This document shows positions 39,953-48,485 of a DNA stretch of 64,000 nt, one piece after another. This DNA comes from an uncultured Gemmatimonadales bacterium (lineage in GTDB: Bacteria; Gemmatimonadota; Gemmatimonadetes; Longimicrobiales; Gaopeijiaceae). Under the pieces are notes generated by a model. It saw only the letters and a program-made list of their open reading frames with translations. It was not told the origin of the DNA and searched no databases. The stretch is from assembly GCA_963809895.1 (NCBI GenBank), contig CAWELD010000010.1, positions 576,001 through 640,000 of the forward strand, read 5' to 3'. A program made the translations under genes and the position numbers. Numbering within the stretch: the stretch's first letter is position 1; each line of letters starts with the position of its first letter.

Positions 39953-41431
39953 ATGGTTCCGTGTAGAGCACCACTCGCAACGCTAGTGCTTGGGTTCGCA
40001 GTAGTGGCATCCGTGTCCTGCGTAAATGCCCAGGGAGTTTCATCCGTTGCAGAGTCAATCGATTCGTTGATGACCAGCCTCAATGACCAGGGGTACTTCG
40101 TAAGTGGGGCAGTCGTCGCGGGGAGGGGAGACGAGATCTTGTACGAACGCGGCTTCGGTCTCGCGAACGTGGCCGAAGGCGTGCCGTTCACGCCTGACAC
40201 GCCTGCCCACGGCGCGTCCCTGGCGAAGACGCTGACGGCGACCGCGATCCTGATGCTCGACGAGGAAGGTCGCCTTCGCCTCGACGACCCCGTGACAGAG
40301 TACCTCCCCGAGTTCCCGTATCCGGAGATCGAGGTCCGGCATCTGCTCGATCACAGCTCTGGGTTGCTCCCCGATGGACCGCTGCTGGCCATGGCGCCGC
40401 GTGGCGAAGAGCACACCAACCAGCTGCTGCTGGATCTCCTGGTCGAGCACGCCCCGCCGCTCGCGTTCACCCCGGGGACAGGCTTCCTGTACAGCGCCGG
40501 CTCCGTCATCGCGGCGACCCTGGTCGAGCGCGTCACCGGCGTGTCGTATGCCTCCTTCTTGCGGGAGCGGATCTTCGAACCCCTGGATATGGATGCGTCC
40601 TTCGTCCGTGTGGCCGAGGCGGAGGACTCGAGTCGTGTTCGAACACTCGGCTACCGCCGGTCGCCCGACGGCACGCTCGAACTCTTCGACGAGCCGGCGA
40701 ACCGCCATGTGTATGGCGGCACCGGGATCGACTACTCGACTCGCGATCTCTACCGTTGGGTCTCCTCGTTCTACGCGAGGCCCCTCCTGGGCGAGAGCGC
40801 GCTGCGAGCCGGTCTCGAGGCCCCGGACCTGGGCGAAGGGCAGCGGTCCGGCATCACCCTCCTGAACTGGTACCACCCCGAAAGCGGGCGGCGCTTCTAC
40901 TTCACCGGTGACAGCTACGGCTTCTACACCTTCGCGTACTGGGACGCCGATCGCCGACACGCCTTCGTCTACATGAGCAACACGCTCCTGCCGAACTGGT
41001 TGCGGCCGAGGCTGGCGATGGCGTTGGTCGACATTCTGGAAGGCCGTCATCCCGCGTTGATCGAGGATCCTCACTACGCCATTGCAGGCGTACCCTCCGG
41101 GTCCTGGGACCTGTACGCCGGGGTACCGTCACTCGACGACTTTGCCCCAGCCTTGGGCGAATACGAGATGACTCCGGCAGGCAGGGTGTCCATTGAGAAT
41201 CCTCCTCCAAACTGGCTGAACATCGGCTGGATGATCCCGGATGGATGGTTCACTCCGGTCGTCCAAGTGAACGGGGGGCTGACGTTAAACTTGTTTCCGG
41301 TGGAGCCCGGGATGTTCTACGTCCCCGGTCTCGACGCCTGGGTTGGGTTCACAGAGAGCGACGGGGAACCGACGCTCCACTGGACGCAGGTGTTCAAGGG
41401 CACGAGTACGGGCACGCGCATGGAGGAGTAA
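39953..41431 (+). CDS. Serine hydrolase (class C beta-lactamase-like fold)
   Basis: ASLAK (SxxK), LLDHSSGL, FTPGTGFLYS. Confidence 0.88.
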   Translation: MVPCRAPLATLVLGFAVVASVSCVNAQGVSSVAESIDSLMTSLNDQGYFVSGAVVAGRGDEILYERGFGLANVAEGVPFTPDTPAHGASLAKTLTATAILMLDEEGRLRLDDPVTEYLPEFPYPEIEVRHLLDHSSGLLPDGPLLAMAPRGEEHTNQLLLDLLVEHAPPLAFTPGTGFLYSAGSVIAATLVERVTGVSYASFLRERIFEPLDMDASFVRVAEAEDSSRVRTLGYRRSPDGTLELFDEPANRHVYGGTGIDYSTRDLYRWVSSFYARPLLGESALRAGLEAPDLGEGQRSGITLLNWYHPESGRRFYFTGDSYGFYTFAYWDADRRHAFVYMSNTLLPNWLRPRLAMALVDILEGRHPALIEDPHYAIAGVPSGSWDLYAGVPSLDDFAPALGEYEMTPAGRVSIENPPPNWLNIGWMIPDGWFTPVVQVNGGLTLNLFPVEPGMFYVPGLDAWVGFTESDGEPTLHWTQVFKGTSTGTRMEE

Positions 41432-41485
41432 AGGGCTGGGCGTTCATCGGTGGAAGACAGAGGAAGAAACAGGAGACGGTGTGCT

Positions 41486-41547
41486 GTATGACAAGGCGAT
41501 GCAGACGTAGGCGCTGCGCGCCGCCGCTGATCGCCGATCCGCTATGG
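41486..41547 (+). repeat. Short (62 bp) degenerate attC of a different type
   Basis: GTATGAC AAGGCGATGCAG..CTGATCGCC..GCTATGG; flanks complement the neighbouring cassette ends. Confidence 0.7.
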
Positions 41548-41554
41548 AGCGCGG

Positions 41555-41959
41555 CTACTGCGGGTTCCTCTGGCCCAGGTAGGCTCCCGGCGGCAACACG
41601 ATGACCCCACCGACTTCGTGGCCGAAGAAGGGCCCGAAGTCCTGATGGTCGCCCGTGATCAGGTGAGTTGCCCGTCCTGCCATGGCGCCGCCGAGAATCG
41701 GCCAATCCTCCCGCCTCAGGTCGAGCATCTCGAAGAACGCCTCGTCGAGCGTCACCCCAGGGACGAGTTCGAGGACGGCGACAAGTTCATTGAGCCGAAC
41801 GCGCCGCTCGGGCTCCAAGAGGTTGCGTCGGGCCTCCTCAATGGCGTAGTCGGACGAGAGCAACTTCACATCATCGAGTTGCCAAAGCCGGGCCACTCCC
41901 GCGCCGGGTCGGTAGGCCGCGGAGAACAGCACGTTGGCATCGATGAACAGCCGGTCCAC
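41555..41959 (-). CDS. PIN-domain toxin
   Basis: LFIDANVLFSAA, EEARRNL, EDWPIL, HLITGD. Confidence 0.88.
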   Translation of the reverse strand: MDRLFIDANVLFSAAYRPGAGVARLWQLDDVKLLSSDYAIEEARRNLLEPERRVRLNELVAVLELVPGVTLDEAFFEMLDLRREDWPILGGAMAGRATHLITGDHQDFGPFFGHEVGGVIVLPPGAYLGQRNPQ

Positions 41960-41962
41960 TCC

Positions 41963-42259
41963 TCAAACGCCTTCCGGTCGATGGTGCGGAATGGCACCAG
42001 GATCGAGGCCCATACGTCGGACCTCGTCGGTGGCAAGCCGGTAGTCCTCGGCGTCAACGGCGTTGGACAGCAGGAACTCCGCTTTCCTCTCTGCGGAATA
42101 CACCTCAATGGGCACGGTCATCGCCGGCCGGATCAGAATCCCGTCGGGTGTTTCCTCGGCAATGACCTCGGACCCCTCTTGGATCCCAAACCGACGCCTC
42201 AACTTGGCCGGAATGACGAACGTGCCCCGCTTTCCAACACGACTTGTCTCAGTAGCCAT
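41963..42259 (-). CDS. AbrB/MazE antitoxin
   Basis: VGKRGTFVIPAKLRRRFGIQEG. Confidence 0.88.
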   Translation of the reverse strand: MATETSRVGKRGTFVIPAKLRRRFGIQEGSEVIAEETPDGILIRPAMTVPIEVYSAERKAEFLLSNAVDAEDYRLATDEVRRMGLDPGAIPHHRPEGV

Positions 42260-42390
42260 AGCTCCTCCTGCCTGAATATCAGATATTCCGGCACCGTCCG
42301 CAAGAAGAAGAGCCCGCCCGGGGTGGTGTTGAAGCGGCCCGGAGGCGCGGGTGCCAGAAGCTGGTGACGGCTCCGACGCGAAGGCGCGCC

Positions 42391-42505
42391 CCATATCAAG
42401 GAATTGCTGCTGGCGGGGTGGGCTGCGGGGTCCGGAGCACTCGCCTTGCGGCTCCCGCTCCGGGTCGGCATCGTGATCCGGCAGCAGAATTCCAAGTCGT
42501 TATGA
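42391..42505 (+). repeat. attC (family C), inverse core mutated
   Basis: CCATATC..GTTATGA. Confidence 0.85.
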
Positions 42506-42577
42506 AGCGCGAACCGAGCGATTGCGCTGGATGGGAGCATCCGGTTCGACAGGGTGTAGATTGGATAGGAGGCTCGT

Positions 42578-42802
42578 ATGCGCAATTCAGTCCCGATCTT
42601 CGTCTCGGATCCCGAGATCCTTGGAGGTGTGCCCGTGTTCCGCGGCACGCGGGTTCCTGTGCGGGTGCTTCTGGAGTACCTGTCCGCTGGGCAATCCCTC
42701 GACCAGTTCTTGGATGAGTTCCCCACCGTCACACGCGAGCAGGCTCAGGCTGCCCTCGAATTGGCGATGGAAGCGTTGACGGGAAGTGCGAGCACTGCTT
42801 GA
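42578..42802 (+). CDS. DUF433 antitoxin
   Basis: DPEILGGVPVFRGTRVPV..FLDEFP. Confidence 0.9.
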   Translation: MRNSVPIFVSDPEILGGVPVFRGTRVPVRVLLEYLSAGQSLDQFLDEFPTVTREQAQAALELAMEALTGSASTA

Positions 42803-43118
42803 CGAGTCGCTGCCGCGCACCCTGGCGCGGCACTTCGCCAAGCTCGAGGTCCAGACGGTATACGAGCGCGGTTGGGCAGGGCTGAAGAACGGCGAGTTGC
42901 TGGCCGAGGCGTCTGGAGACTTCGATGTCTTCGTGACGGCGGACCAGAACCTCCAGTATCAGCAGAACTTGTCGGGCACGTCGCTCCGAGTTGTCGTCCT
43001 CGCAGCGGTCTCGAACCGAGTTCCGGACCTCTTGCCCCTCGTTCCGTACGCGGAGATGGTAGTTGAAGGGATGCAGCCTGGCGAGGTCCGAACTGTGAAT
43101 GGGCGAGCCGCTTCTTAA
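42786..43118 (+). CDS. DUF5615 PIN-like toxin
   Basis: LLDESLP, GWAGLKNGELL, FVTADQNLQYQQN. Confidence 0.88.
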   Translation: MRALLDESLPRTLARHFAKLEVQTVYERGWAGLKNGELLAEASGDFDVFVTADQNLQYQQNLSGTSLRVVVLAAVSNRVPDLLPLVPYAEMVVEGMQPGEVRTVNGRAAS

Positions 43119-43217
43119 CCAGCGATTTCTACTGCGTGCTCAACGATCGAAAGGGTCGCGCGCGAGCCGCGCGGTCGGCATGATGAGGCACGCAGTAGAA
43201 TCGCAAATTCGTTAGAC
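43113..43217 (+). repeat. attC (family A), uninterrupted, with the best match to the IS guides
   Basis: TCTTAACCAGCGATTTCTACTGCG..GTTAGAC. Confidence 0.92.
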
Positions 43218-43236
43218 GGCGGAGAAGGACCACGAG

Positions 43237-44586
43237 ATGCCTTTGAGGCGGACTCTAGGCGGGCTTTGCGCACTTCTCATGGTGAGCGCGGGGTGCTGGG
43301 CCCGGAGTGAAACTCGGTCGTCAGTGAACCGGGCGACGGCCCTGCGCATCGACAGCGTCGCAGCGGCGTTCATGCAGCGCCGATCTGTTCCCGGGCTGTC
43401 GATAGCAATCGCCTCGCGGGGGCGGCTCCTTTACGCCCACGGATACGGGATCGCGGCGCTGACGGGCGATCGTGCGGGGCCCGTTACCTCGCATACGGTC
43501 TTCGAACTGGGCTCGATCAAGAAGCCGATTACGGCGGCCGCCGTACTTCAACTCACGCAGCGGCGGCTGGTCGGTCTGGATGACCCTGCGGACCGATGGA
43601 TCGGTCGCATCAGGACGGAGGAGCAATCTGTGCGCGTGCGCGATATGCTCAATCAGGTATCCGGCCTGCCTGATGGCGACGACACCGCGGTGATACGGAA
43701 ACTGGACTTCGAGCCAGGTACCAGATGGGCATACCGAAACGCCAATTTCGACCTCCTGGACGTACTCGTGCAGGAAGCGACGGGAGAGCACTTCGGAGAC
43801 TACCTGAGGACCTCGATGATGGTCCCGCTGGGCTTGCCTACGTTGGGGATGTGCGATCCGGATAACCCTCAGACGGTTGAAATGGCGCAGGGGTACACGC
43901 GCCGGGGCGGGACCTTCCAACCGGTTGCGGACGCGTGCTGGCTCCGTGGCACGCCGAGCGACGTAGCGTTGTGGGCCGATGCTCTCTTCGGGGGGCGCAT
44001 CGTGGGGCAACAGGAACTGAGGGAGATGACGACCCCGGCCACTCTGAAGGATGGCACGAAGACCGACTACGGGTTTGGCCTCCGTCTGCTGCCGATTCAC
44101 GGCATCGAGCGTCTATCACACACGGGACATGTCGACGGCTTCACTGCTTCCTTCGGTTACTATCCGGCGGCCGACTTGGCAGTCGCTGTAGCGGGCAACT
44201 CCGATTCGTTGTTCGATCCCGATGCGGTGGAGGTGGCTATTGCCATGGTTCTCCTCGGCGTAGCGCCGTTCCGGCCGGAGGTCGTGAGCATAGGCGACGC
44301 CGAGCGGTTTCGTGGAGTCTACGACGCGGGCGAGGTCTGGTTCTTGATTGGGGGCGCCGGCGGCGACTCGCTCACGCTCAGCATGACCCCGGCCGAGGAT
44401 AACGCCACCCCCTACCTGGTGACGCGACTGGTGAGGGTCGGGGAGGCCCGGTACGTCGGGGCTGACTCTCCGGATGTAGTCGGAGCGCAGTTCTTGAATC
44501 CAAGAGGCGGCGAGGTGCCCGACAGGGTCGTCGTCGATGCCGTCGGCATCCCGTGGGCAGCGACCCGGCGCTCGAAGGCACGTTGA
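43237..44586 (+). CDS. Serine hydrolase (beta-lactamase fold)
   Basis: GSIKK (SxxK), YRN, HTG. Confidence 0.88.
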   Translation: MPLRRTLGGLCALLMVSAGCWARSETRSSVNRATALRIDSVAAAFMQRRSVPGLSIAIASRGRLLYAHGYGIAALTGDRAGPVTSHTVFELGSIKKPITAAAVLQLTQRRLVGLDDPADRWIGRIRTEEQSVRVRDMLNQVSGLPDGDDTAVIRKLDFEPGTRWAYRNANFDLLDVLVQEATGEHFGDYLRTSMMVPLGLPTLGMCDPDNPQTVEMAQGYTRRGGTFQPVADACWLRGTPSDVALWADALFGGRIVGQQELREMTTPATLKDGTKTDYGFGLRLLPIHGIERLSHTGHVDGFTASFGYYPAADLAVAVAGNSDSLFDPDAVEVAIAMVLLGVAPFRPEVVSIGDAERFRGVYDAGEVWFLIGGAGGDSLTLSMTPAEDNATPYLVTRLVRVGEARYVGADSPDVVGAQFLNPRGGEVPDRVVVDAVGIPWAATRRSKAR

Positions 44587-44595
44587 CGTTCCGCC

Positions 44596-44710
44596 GTCTA
44601 ACAGGGGTTTGCTGCTGACAGGGTAAGCTGCGAGGTCCGACAGCACTCGCCTGGCGGCTCGCGCTGCAGGTCGGCATGATGCTCCTGCAAGAAACCCAGA
44701 GTCGTTAGAG
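44596..44710 (+). repeat. attC (family C)
   Basis: GTCTAAC..GTTAGAG. Confidence 0.9.
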
Positions 44711-44731
44711 CGCAGTTGGCAGGCGAAGTGA

Positions 44732-45019
44732 CTACTTCACCGAATCCAGTACGGCCCGGGGGTGCTTTGCCGCGACGCGGAGCAGGACTTTGGCCGGGCC
44801 CTGCGGATGACGACGTCCCTGCTCCCAATTCTGAAGTGTCCGTACGCTGATCCCGAGAAGGGCGGCGAACTTCGTTTGCGACAGCCCGTACTCCTCCCTG
44901 ATCGCGCCGACATCCGGGTCGTCGAACCTCGTCTCACGCGCAGCCTCGTGCTCGCGCCGCAGAACTGCCCCACCCTGCTTGACACTCTCCACGAGCTCGC
45001 TGAACAGCTCATCCCTCAT
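44732..45019 (-). CDS. HTH antitoxin (HigA/NadS-like)
   Basis: GLSQTKFAALLGISVRTLQNWEQGRRHP. Confidence 0.9.
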   Translation of the reverse strand: MRDELFSELVESVKQGGAVLRREHEAARETRFDDPDVGAIREEYGLSQTKFAALLGISVRTLQNWEQGRRHPQGPAKVLLRVAAKHPRAVLDSVK

Positions 45020-45312
45020 TTGAACTCCTCCTTTACAAGAGCCGCCAGGACCTTCTTCTGGTCCACTGACAGGTCGTCTCGCTCGCTCTTCGGGTACATG
45101 AGGAGCATCAGGATCTGACCCTCAGCCGTCGCCCAGTAGTAAATTGCACGGACCCCGCCGCGCTTGCCGCGACCCGAGCCTTGCCACCGGATCTTCCTCA
45201 AACCGCCCGTGCCTCGAATCACGGCTCCCGCTTCCGGGCCCTGAGCGAGTCGAAGCTGGAGCAGCCGGTAGGACTCCGGCTTCATGAACACCGGCGTCTC
45301 CTTGATAACCAT
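45016..45312 (-). CDS. RelE/HigB-2-like toxin
   Basis: IRGTGGLRKIRW..GKRGGVRAIYY, YPKSERDDL; N-terminal helix looks short. Confidence 0.88.
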   Translation of the reverse strand: MVIKETPVFMKPESYRLLQLRLAQGPEAGAVIRGTGGLRKIRWQGSGRGKRGGVRAIYYWATAEGQILMLLMYPKSERDDLSVDQKKVLAALVKEEFK

Positions 45313-45320
45313 GGTGCAAT

Positions 45321-45355
45321 GTACGTCGTTGGCGTACTATACGTCAACGGCGTAC
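45321..45355. promoter_or_regulatory. Inverted-repeat operator upstream of the toxin
   Basis: GTACGTCGTTGGCGTA-CTA-TACGTCAACGGCGTAC. Confidence 0.6.
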
Positions 45356-45387
45356 TCATGGTTCCGAACCTACGGTGAGGCGCTGCG

Positions 45388-45492
45388 CTCTAACAGGCGA
45401 CTGCTGCTGCGTGCGCAACGATCGAAAGGGTCGCGCGCGGGGCGCGCGATCGGCATGATGAGGCACGCAGCAGAAACCCAAATCCGTCAGAG
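45388..45492 (+). repeat. attC (family A), core GTT>GTC
   Basis: CTCTAAC..GTCAGAG. Confidence 0.88.
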
Positions 45493-45530
45493 CGTGCTCG
45501 ATCAGCCCGGAACTTGCTAGGGCAGGCCAG

Positions 45531-45551
45531 ATGTAGTACATTGTACTACAT
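45531..45551. promoter_or_regulatory. Perfect 10-bp inverted repeat overlapping the antitoxin start
   Basis: ATGTAGTACA-T-TGTACTACAT. Confidence 0.7.
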
Positions 45552-45771
45552 GAAGACCGCCGCTGTTACCATTCGCTTGGATCCGAGCCTCGAAGAGATG
45601 CTCGACCGGGTTTGCCGCGAAACGGGCCGCTCTCGCAGCGAAGTGGTCCGGGAGGCGTTGCGTCGGCAGTTGACCCTTGAGCTCTTCGAGGAAGCGCGTC
45701 GCCAGCTGATCCCGTTCGCTGAGGCACAGGGCATCTACACCGACGAGGACGTCTTCAAGCTGGTCTCGTGA
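45550..45771 (+). CDS. CopG/RHH antitoxin
   Basis: VTIRLD..GRSRSEVVREALRRQL..YTDEDVF. Confidence 0.88.
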   Translation: MKTAAVTIRLDPSLEEMLDRVCRETGRSRSEVVREALRRQLTLELFEEARRQLIPFAEAQGIYTDEDVFKLVS

Positions 45772-46178
45772 CGCGGGTCTGCCTGGATTCGAACGTTCTC
45801 GTCGCGGCTTTCATCGCTCGAGGCCTCTGCGCCGACCTCCTCAAGCTCGTGCTATCTGAGTACCAACTCGTTGTCCCCGAAGTCGTCGCGGAGGAAGTCC
45901 TTCGCGTCCTCACGACGAAGCTGAAGGCGAGTCAGACTGCCCTGTCCGCGGTGCAGGCAGTCCTTGATCGCTGCGACATCGTTCCCCGAGGCAAGGCACC
46001 TTCGCCCATCTCACTGCGAGATCCCGACGATGAACGCGTTCTGGCCGACGCCGTGTCTGCCGGGGCTGAAATCCTGGTGAGCGGCGACCAAGACCTCCTC
46101 GTTGTTGCCAAGGAGTCCCCCATTCGGATTCTGTCGCCCAGGGCGTTTCTCACCCTGGCACGCGGCGGCACGCTCTAA
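45768..46178 (+). CDS. PIN-domain toxin (TIGR00305-like)
   Basis: VCLDSNVLVAAF, RDPDDERVL, LVSGDQDLL. Confidence 0.9.
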   Translation: MTRVCLDSNVLVAAFIARGLCADLLKLVLSEYQLVVPEVVAEEVLRVLTTKLKASQTALSAVQAVLDRCDIVPRGKAPSPISLRDPDDERVLADAVSAGAEILVSGDQDLLVVAKESPIRILSPRAFLTLARGGTL

Positions 46179-46289
46179 CAGGGGTTCGCTGCTGCGCGTG
46201 TCAGCGTTGAAGGGCCTGGGCTACTCGGCTTGCACCTCGCAGCCCGGCCGAGCATGGTGGTGCGTAGCAGAATCGCAAATCCGCTAGGG
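46173..46289 (+). repeat. attC (A/B hybrid), core GTT>GCT
   Basis: CTCTAAC..CGGCTTGCACCTCG..GCAGAATCGCAAATCC GCTAGGG. Confidence 0.82.
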
Positions 46290-46300
46290 TGCCCTGGACC

Positions 46301-46702
46301 TCAGTGGAGGAGGGTCTCGAGGAACGCGCCGGGAGTCATCACCCGTACATCCCTCCAGCCGTCGACGTCGAGCAGATGTCGGTCGCCGGAAACCACGATT
46401 GCATCGGCCCTCGCGGCGCACCACATGAACTTGTCGTCGTCGGGGTCTGCGGTCACGCTTCCGCCGCCGTGTGAGTCCGGCATCAGCATCCCATGCGCCG
46501 CGAGTTCGAAGAGCAGTGGCTGGTAGTCGGCGTCAGGGTAGGAGGAGCGTAGGCGGTCGCAGACCCGTAGGTACTCATCCAGTATTGACGGAGTGAGGAC
46601 CACCTCCAAGCGTCCGTCTGCCCACGCGTCGAGGACCGTACGTGGCTGCCCCCCAAAGAAGAGGGCGGAGACAACCACGTTGGTGTCCAGAACCACTCTC
46701 AC
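46301..46702 (-). CDS. PIN-domain toxin
   Basis: VVLDTNVVVSA, DPDDDKF, VSGDRHLL. Confidence 0.9.
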   Translation of the reverse strand: MRVVLDTNVVVSALFFGGQPRTVLDAWADGRLEVVLTPSILDEYLRVCDRLRSSYPDADYQPLLFELAAHGMLMPDSHGGGSVTADPDDDKFMWCAARADAIVVSGDRHLLDVDGWRDVRVMTPGAFLETLLH

Positions 46703-46962
46703 TTCGATGCGCGGGCCTCTCGGATCGCCCTCTCGACATCCTCAGGCGTGACCCCAGCGGCCTCGGCCGCCGCCTGAACCTTGTCCATCAGAGCCTTGAG
46801 CTTCTTCGGGTTCGGGGGCTCCACCGCCTTGAGGATAACGACGTTCCCTTCGCCAACGACCACGAATTGGTCGCCTGGCTCAAGGCCGAGGCGGTTCCGG
46901 ATTTCCTCTGGAATGACGACCTGCCCGCGCGACGAGAGCTTCGTTGTCGATGGTTTCACCAT
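46699..46962 (-). CDS. AbrB antitoxin
   Basis: SSRGQVVIPEEIRNRLGL. Confidence 0.9.
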   Translation of the reverse strand: MVKPSTTKLSSRGQVVIPEEIRNRLGLEPGDQFVVVGEGNVVILKAVEPPNPKKLKALMDKVQAAAEAAGVTPEDVERAIREARASK

Positions 46963-47009
46963 GGTGGCCTCCGTAAGATCTTATTGATAAGATGGCGCAC
47001 CGGGGGGCA

Positions 47010-47127
47010 ACCTAACAAGGGTTTGCTGCTGACGCGGTAAGCGATGAACTCCGGAGCCGTTTGCCTTGCAGCTCACGGCACCGGGTCGGCAAGTTGGTCG
47101 CGCAGCAGAAACCCAAAGTCGTTAGGA
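47010..47127 (+). repeat. attC (family C)
   Basis: ACCTAAC..GTTAGGA. Confidence 0.92.
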
Positions 47128-47134
47128 GGCGCTA

Positions 47135-47539
47135 CTACCTGCGTCCGTGGAGCTTCTCCCAGAACCCGCGAGGGGAGACGACAGGGAGGGGGGGCGTCTC
47201 AGCAACGTCGAGGATGTCGCGGTCTCCCGTGACGACGAGTTCGGCCAAGCCCGCCGCGGCTTCGCTCAACACAATGACATCGTCTGGGTCACGAAGCTCA
47301 AGCCGGAGGGTTGGGGCAGAGGATACGATGATCGCCTCTCTGCGTAGGAAGGCCACTGCCTCCTCGGCCAACTCAGACTGCATCCGCATCTTCTTGTCCA
47401 AGACCCGAGGGAGTTCCGCCAACACGGCCTCCCCGAGGACAAGCTGGTGCTCCGCGAGGACGACGTTCAGGACGTCTTCGCAAATGCCGCGCGTCGTGAA
47501 GGCGCTAACCAGCACGTTCGTGTCGAGGCAGACCCTCAA
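47135..47539 (-). CDS. PIN-domain toxin
   Basis: VCLDTNVLVSAF, RDPDD, VVTGDRDIL. Confidence 0.9.
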   Translation of the reverse strand: MRVCLDTNVLVSAFTTRGICEDVLNVVLAEHQLVLGEAVLAELPRVLDKKMRMQSELAEEAVAFLRREAIIVSSAPTLRLELRDPDDVIVLSEAAAGLAELVVTGDRDILDVAETPPLPVVSPRGFWEKLHGRR

Positions 47540-47720
47540 GACACGTCTCGGAAGACGTCCTCATCTGTGAGGTATCCGGCCGCTTCCGCGAAGGGCATCA
47601 TCCGCGTGCGCAGTTCCTGGAACTGGCTCACTGCGAGTTGGCGGCGCAGTGCCTCACGTACGATCTCGCTCCGAGATCGGCCGGTACGCTCGGCGAGGCG
47701 ATCCAACTGCTTCTCCAACT
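47536..47720 (-). pseudogene. RHH antitoxin, 5'-truncated
   Basis: GRSRSEIVREALRRQL..LTDEDVF; the first strand and promoter are replaced by an attC remnant. Confidence 0.75.
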
Positions 47721-47721
47721 C

Positions 47722-47803
47722 GGGGTCCGGAGCCGTTCGCCTTGCAGCTCACGGCACCGGGTCGGCATCATGGTCGCGCAGCAGAGCCCCAGAGTCGTTA
47801 GGC
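47722..47803 (+). repeat. attC (family C), left arm deleted
   Basis: GTCCGGAGCCGTTCGCCTTGCAGCTCAC..GTTAGGC. Confidence 0.82.
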
Positions 47804-47830
47804 TGAAACGTGAGCTGTGTGGGCCTTCGG

Positions 47831-48130
47831 CTACCCGGCCACCGGCTCGATCTCCTCGAGCACCGAACTGTCCTTCGAGTGAAGGGCATGCCAGAGGTCC
47901 CAGTTCCGCTGTCCGTTCAGCCAGAACTCCGGTGTGGTTCCGAAGAGCTTCGAGAGGCGGAGGGCAGTGTCTGGCGTGACTCCGCGCTTCCCGTTCACGA
48001 GCTCGTTGACGCGGGGGTAGGACACCCGGATCCGCTCGGCGAGCTCCGACTGGGTCATGCTCAGGGGGCGAAGGAACTCCTCGAGAAGCATCTCGCCGGG
48101 GTGGGTGGGCGGTCGGTTCTTCGGCAGCAT
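47831..48130 (-). CDS. higA: HigA antitoxin
   Basis: PTHPGEMLLEEFL, VTPDTALRL..FGTTPEFWLNGQ. Confidence 0.92.
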   Translation of the reverse strand: MLPKNRPPTHPGEMLLEEFLRPLSMTQSELAERIRVSYPRVNELVNGKRGVTPDTALRLSKLFGTTPEFWLNGQRNWDLWHALHSKDSSVLEEIEPVAG

Positions 48131-48141
48131 GTGTCCTCCCT

Positions 48142-48435
48142 CTAGTGGTAGTCCGCAACCTCGACGTCAGCGGGCCCAGCGTCTGTCCACCGGAAGCAGA
48201 TCCGGTACTGGTTATTGATTCGAATGCTGAACTGCCCTTCCCGGTCGCCGCGTAGAGCCTCGAGGTGGTTACCGGGCGGCATCCGCAGATCCTGCACAGC
48301 CTGGGCCTGGTTCAAGGAGTCCAGCTTCCGTGCGGCGGTCTTCCACAGGTTCCGAGGACAGATCCGACGCGCCGCCTTCGAGTCCTCGCGATCGAAAAGG
48401 TCTCGGGAGCCCTGGTTGTGGAAGGACTGGATCAT
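48142..48435 (-). CDS. higB: HigB toxin
   Basis: LRMPPGNHLEALRGDREGQFSIRINNQYRICFRW..DYH. Confidence 0.92.
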   Translation of the reverse strand: MIQSFHNQGSRDLFDREDSKAARRICPRNLWKTAARKLDSLNQAQAVQDLRMPPGNHLEALRGDREGQFSIRINNQYRICFRWTDAGPADVEVADYH

Positions 48436-48441
48436 GTGTCA

Positions 48442-48462
48442 GTATAACGCACATCGTTATAC
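48442..48462. promoter_or_regulatory. higBA operator palindrome
   Basis: GTATAACG-CACAT-CGTTATAC directly upstream of higB. Confidence 0.7.
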
Positions 48463-48485
48463 GTTACAATCGGGTCTTGGTTTCA

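Noticed and set aside
39953..44586. Calling the serine hydrolase cassettes (or the esterase at 4331) antibiotic-resistance genes
   Set aside because: Only fold-level motifs are visible; these families are mostly not resistance enzymes
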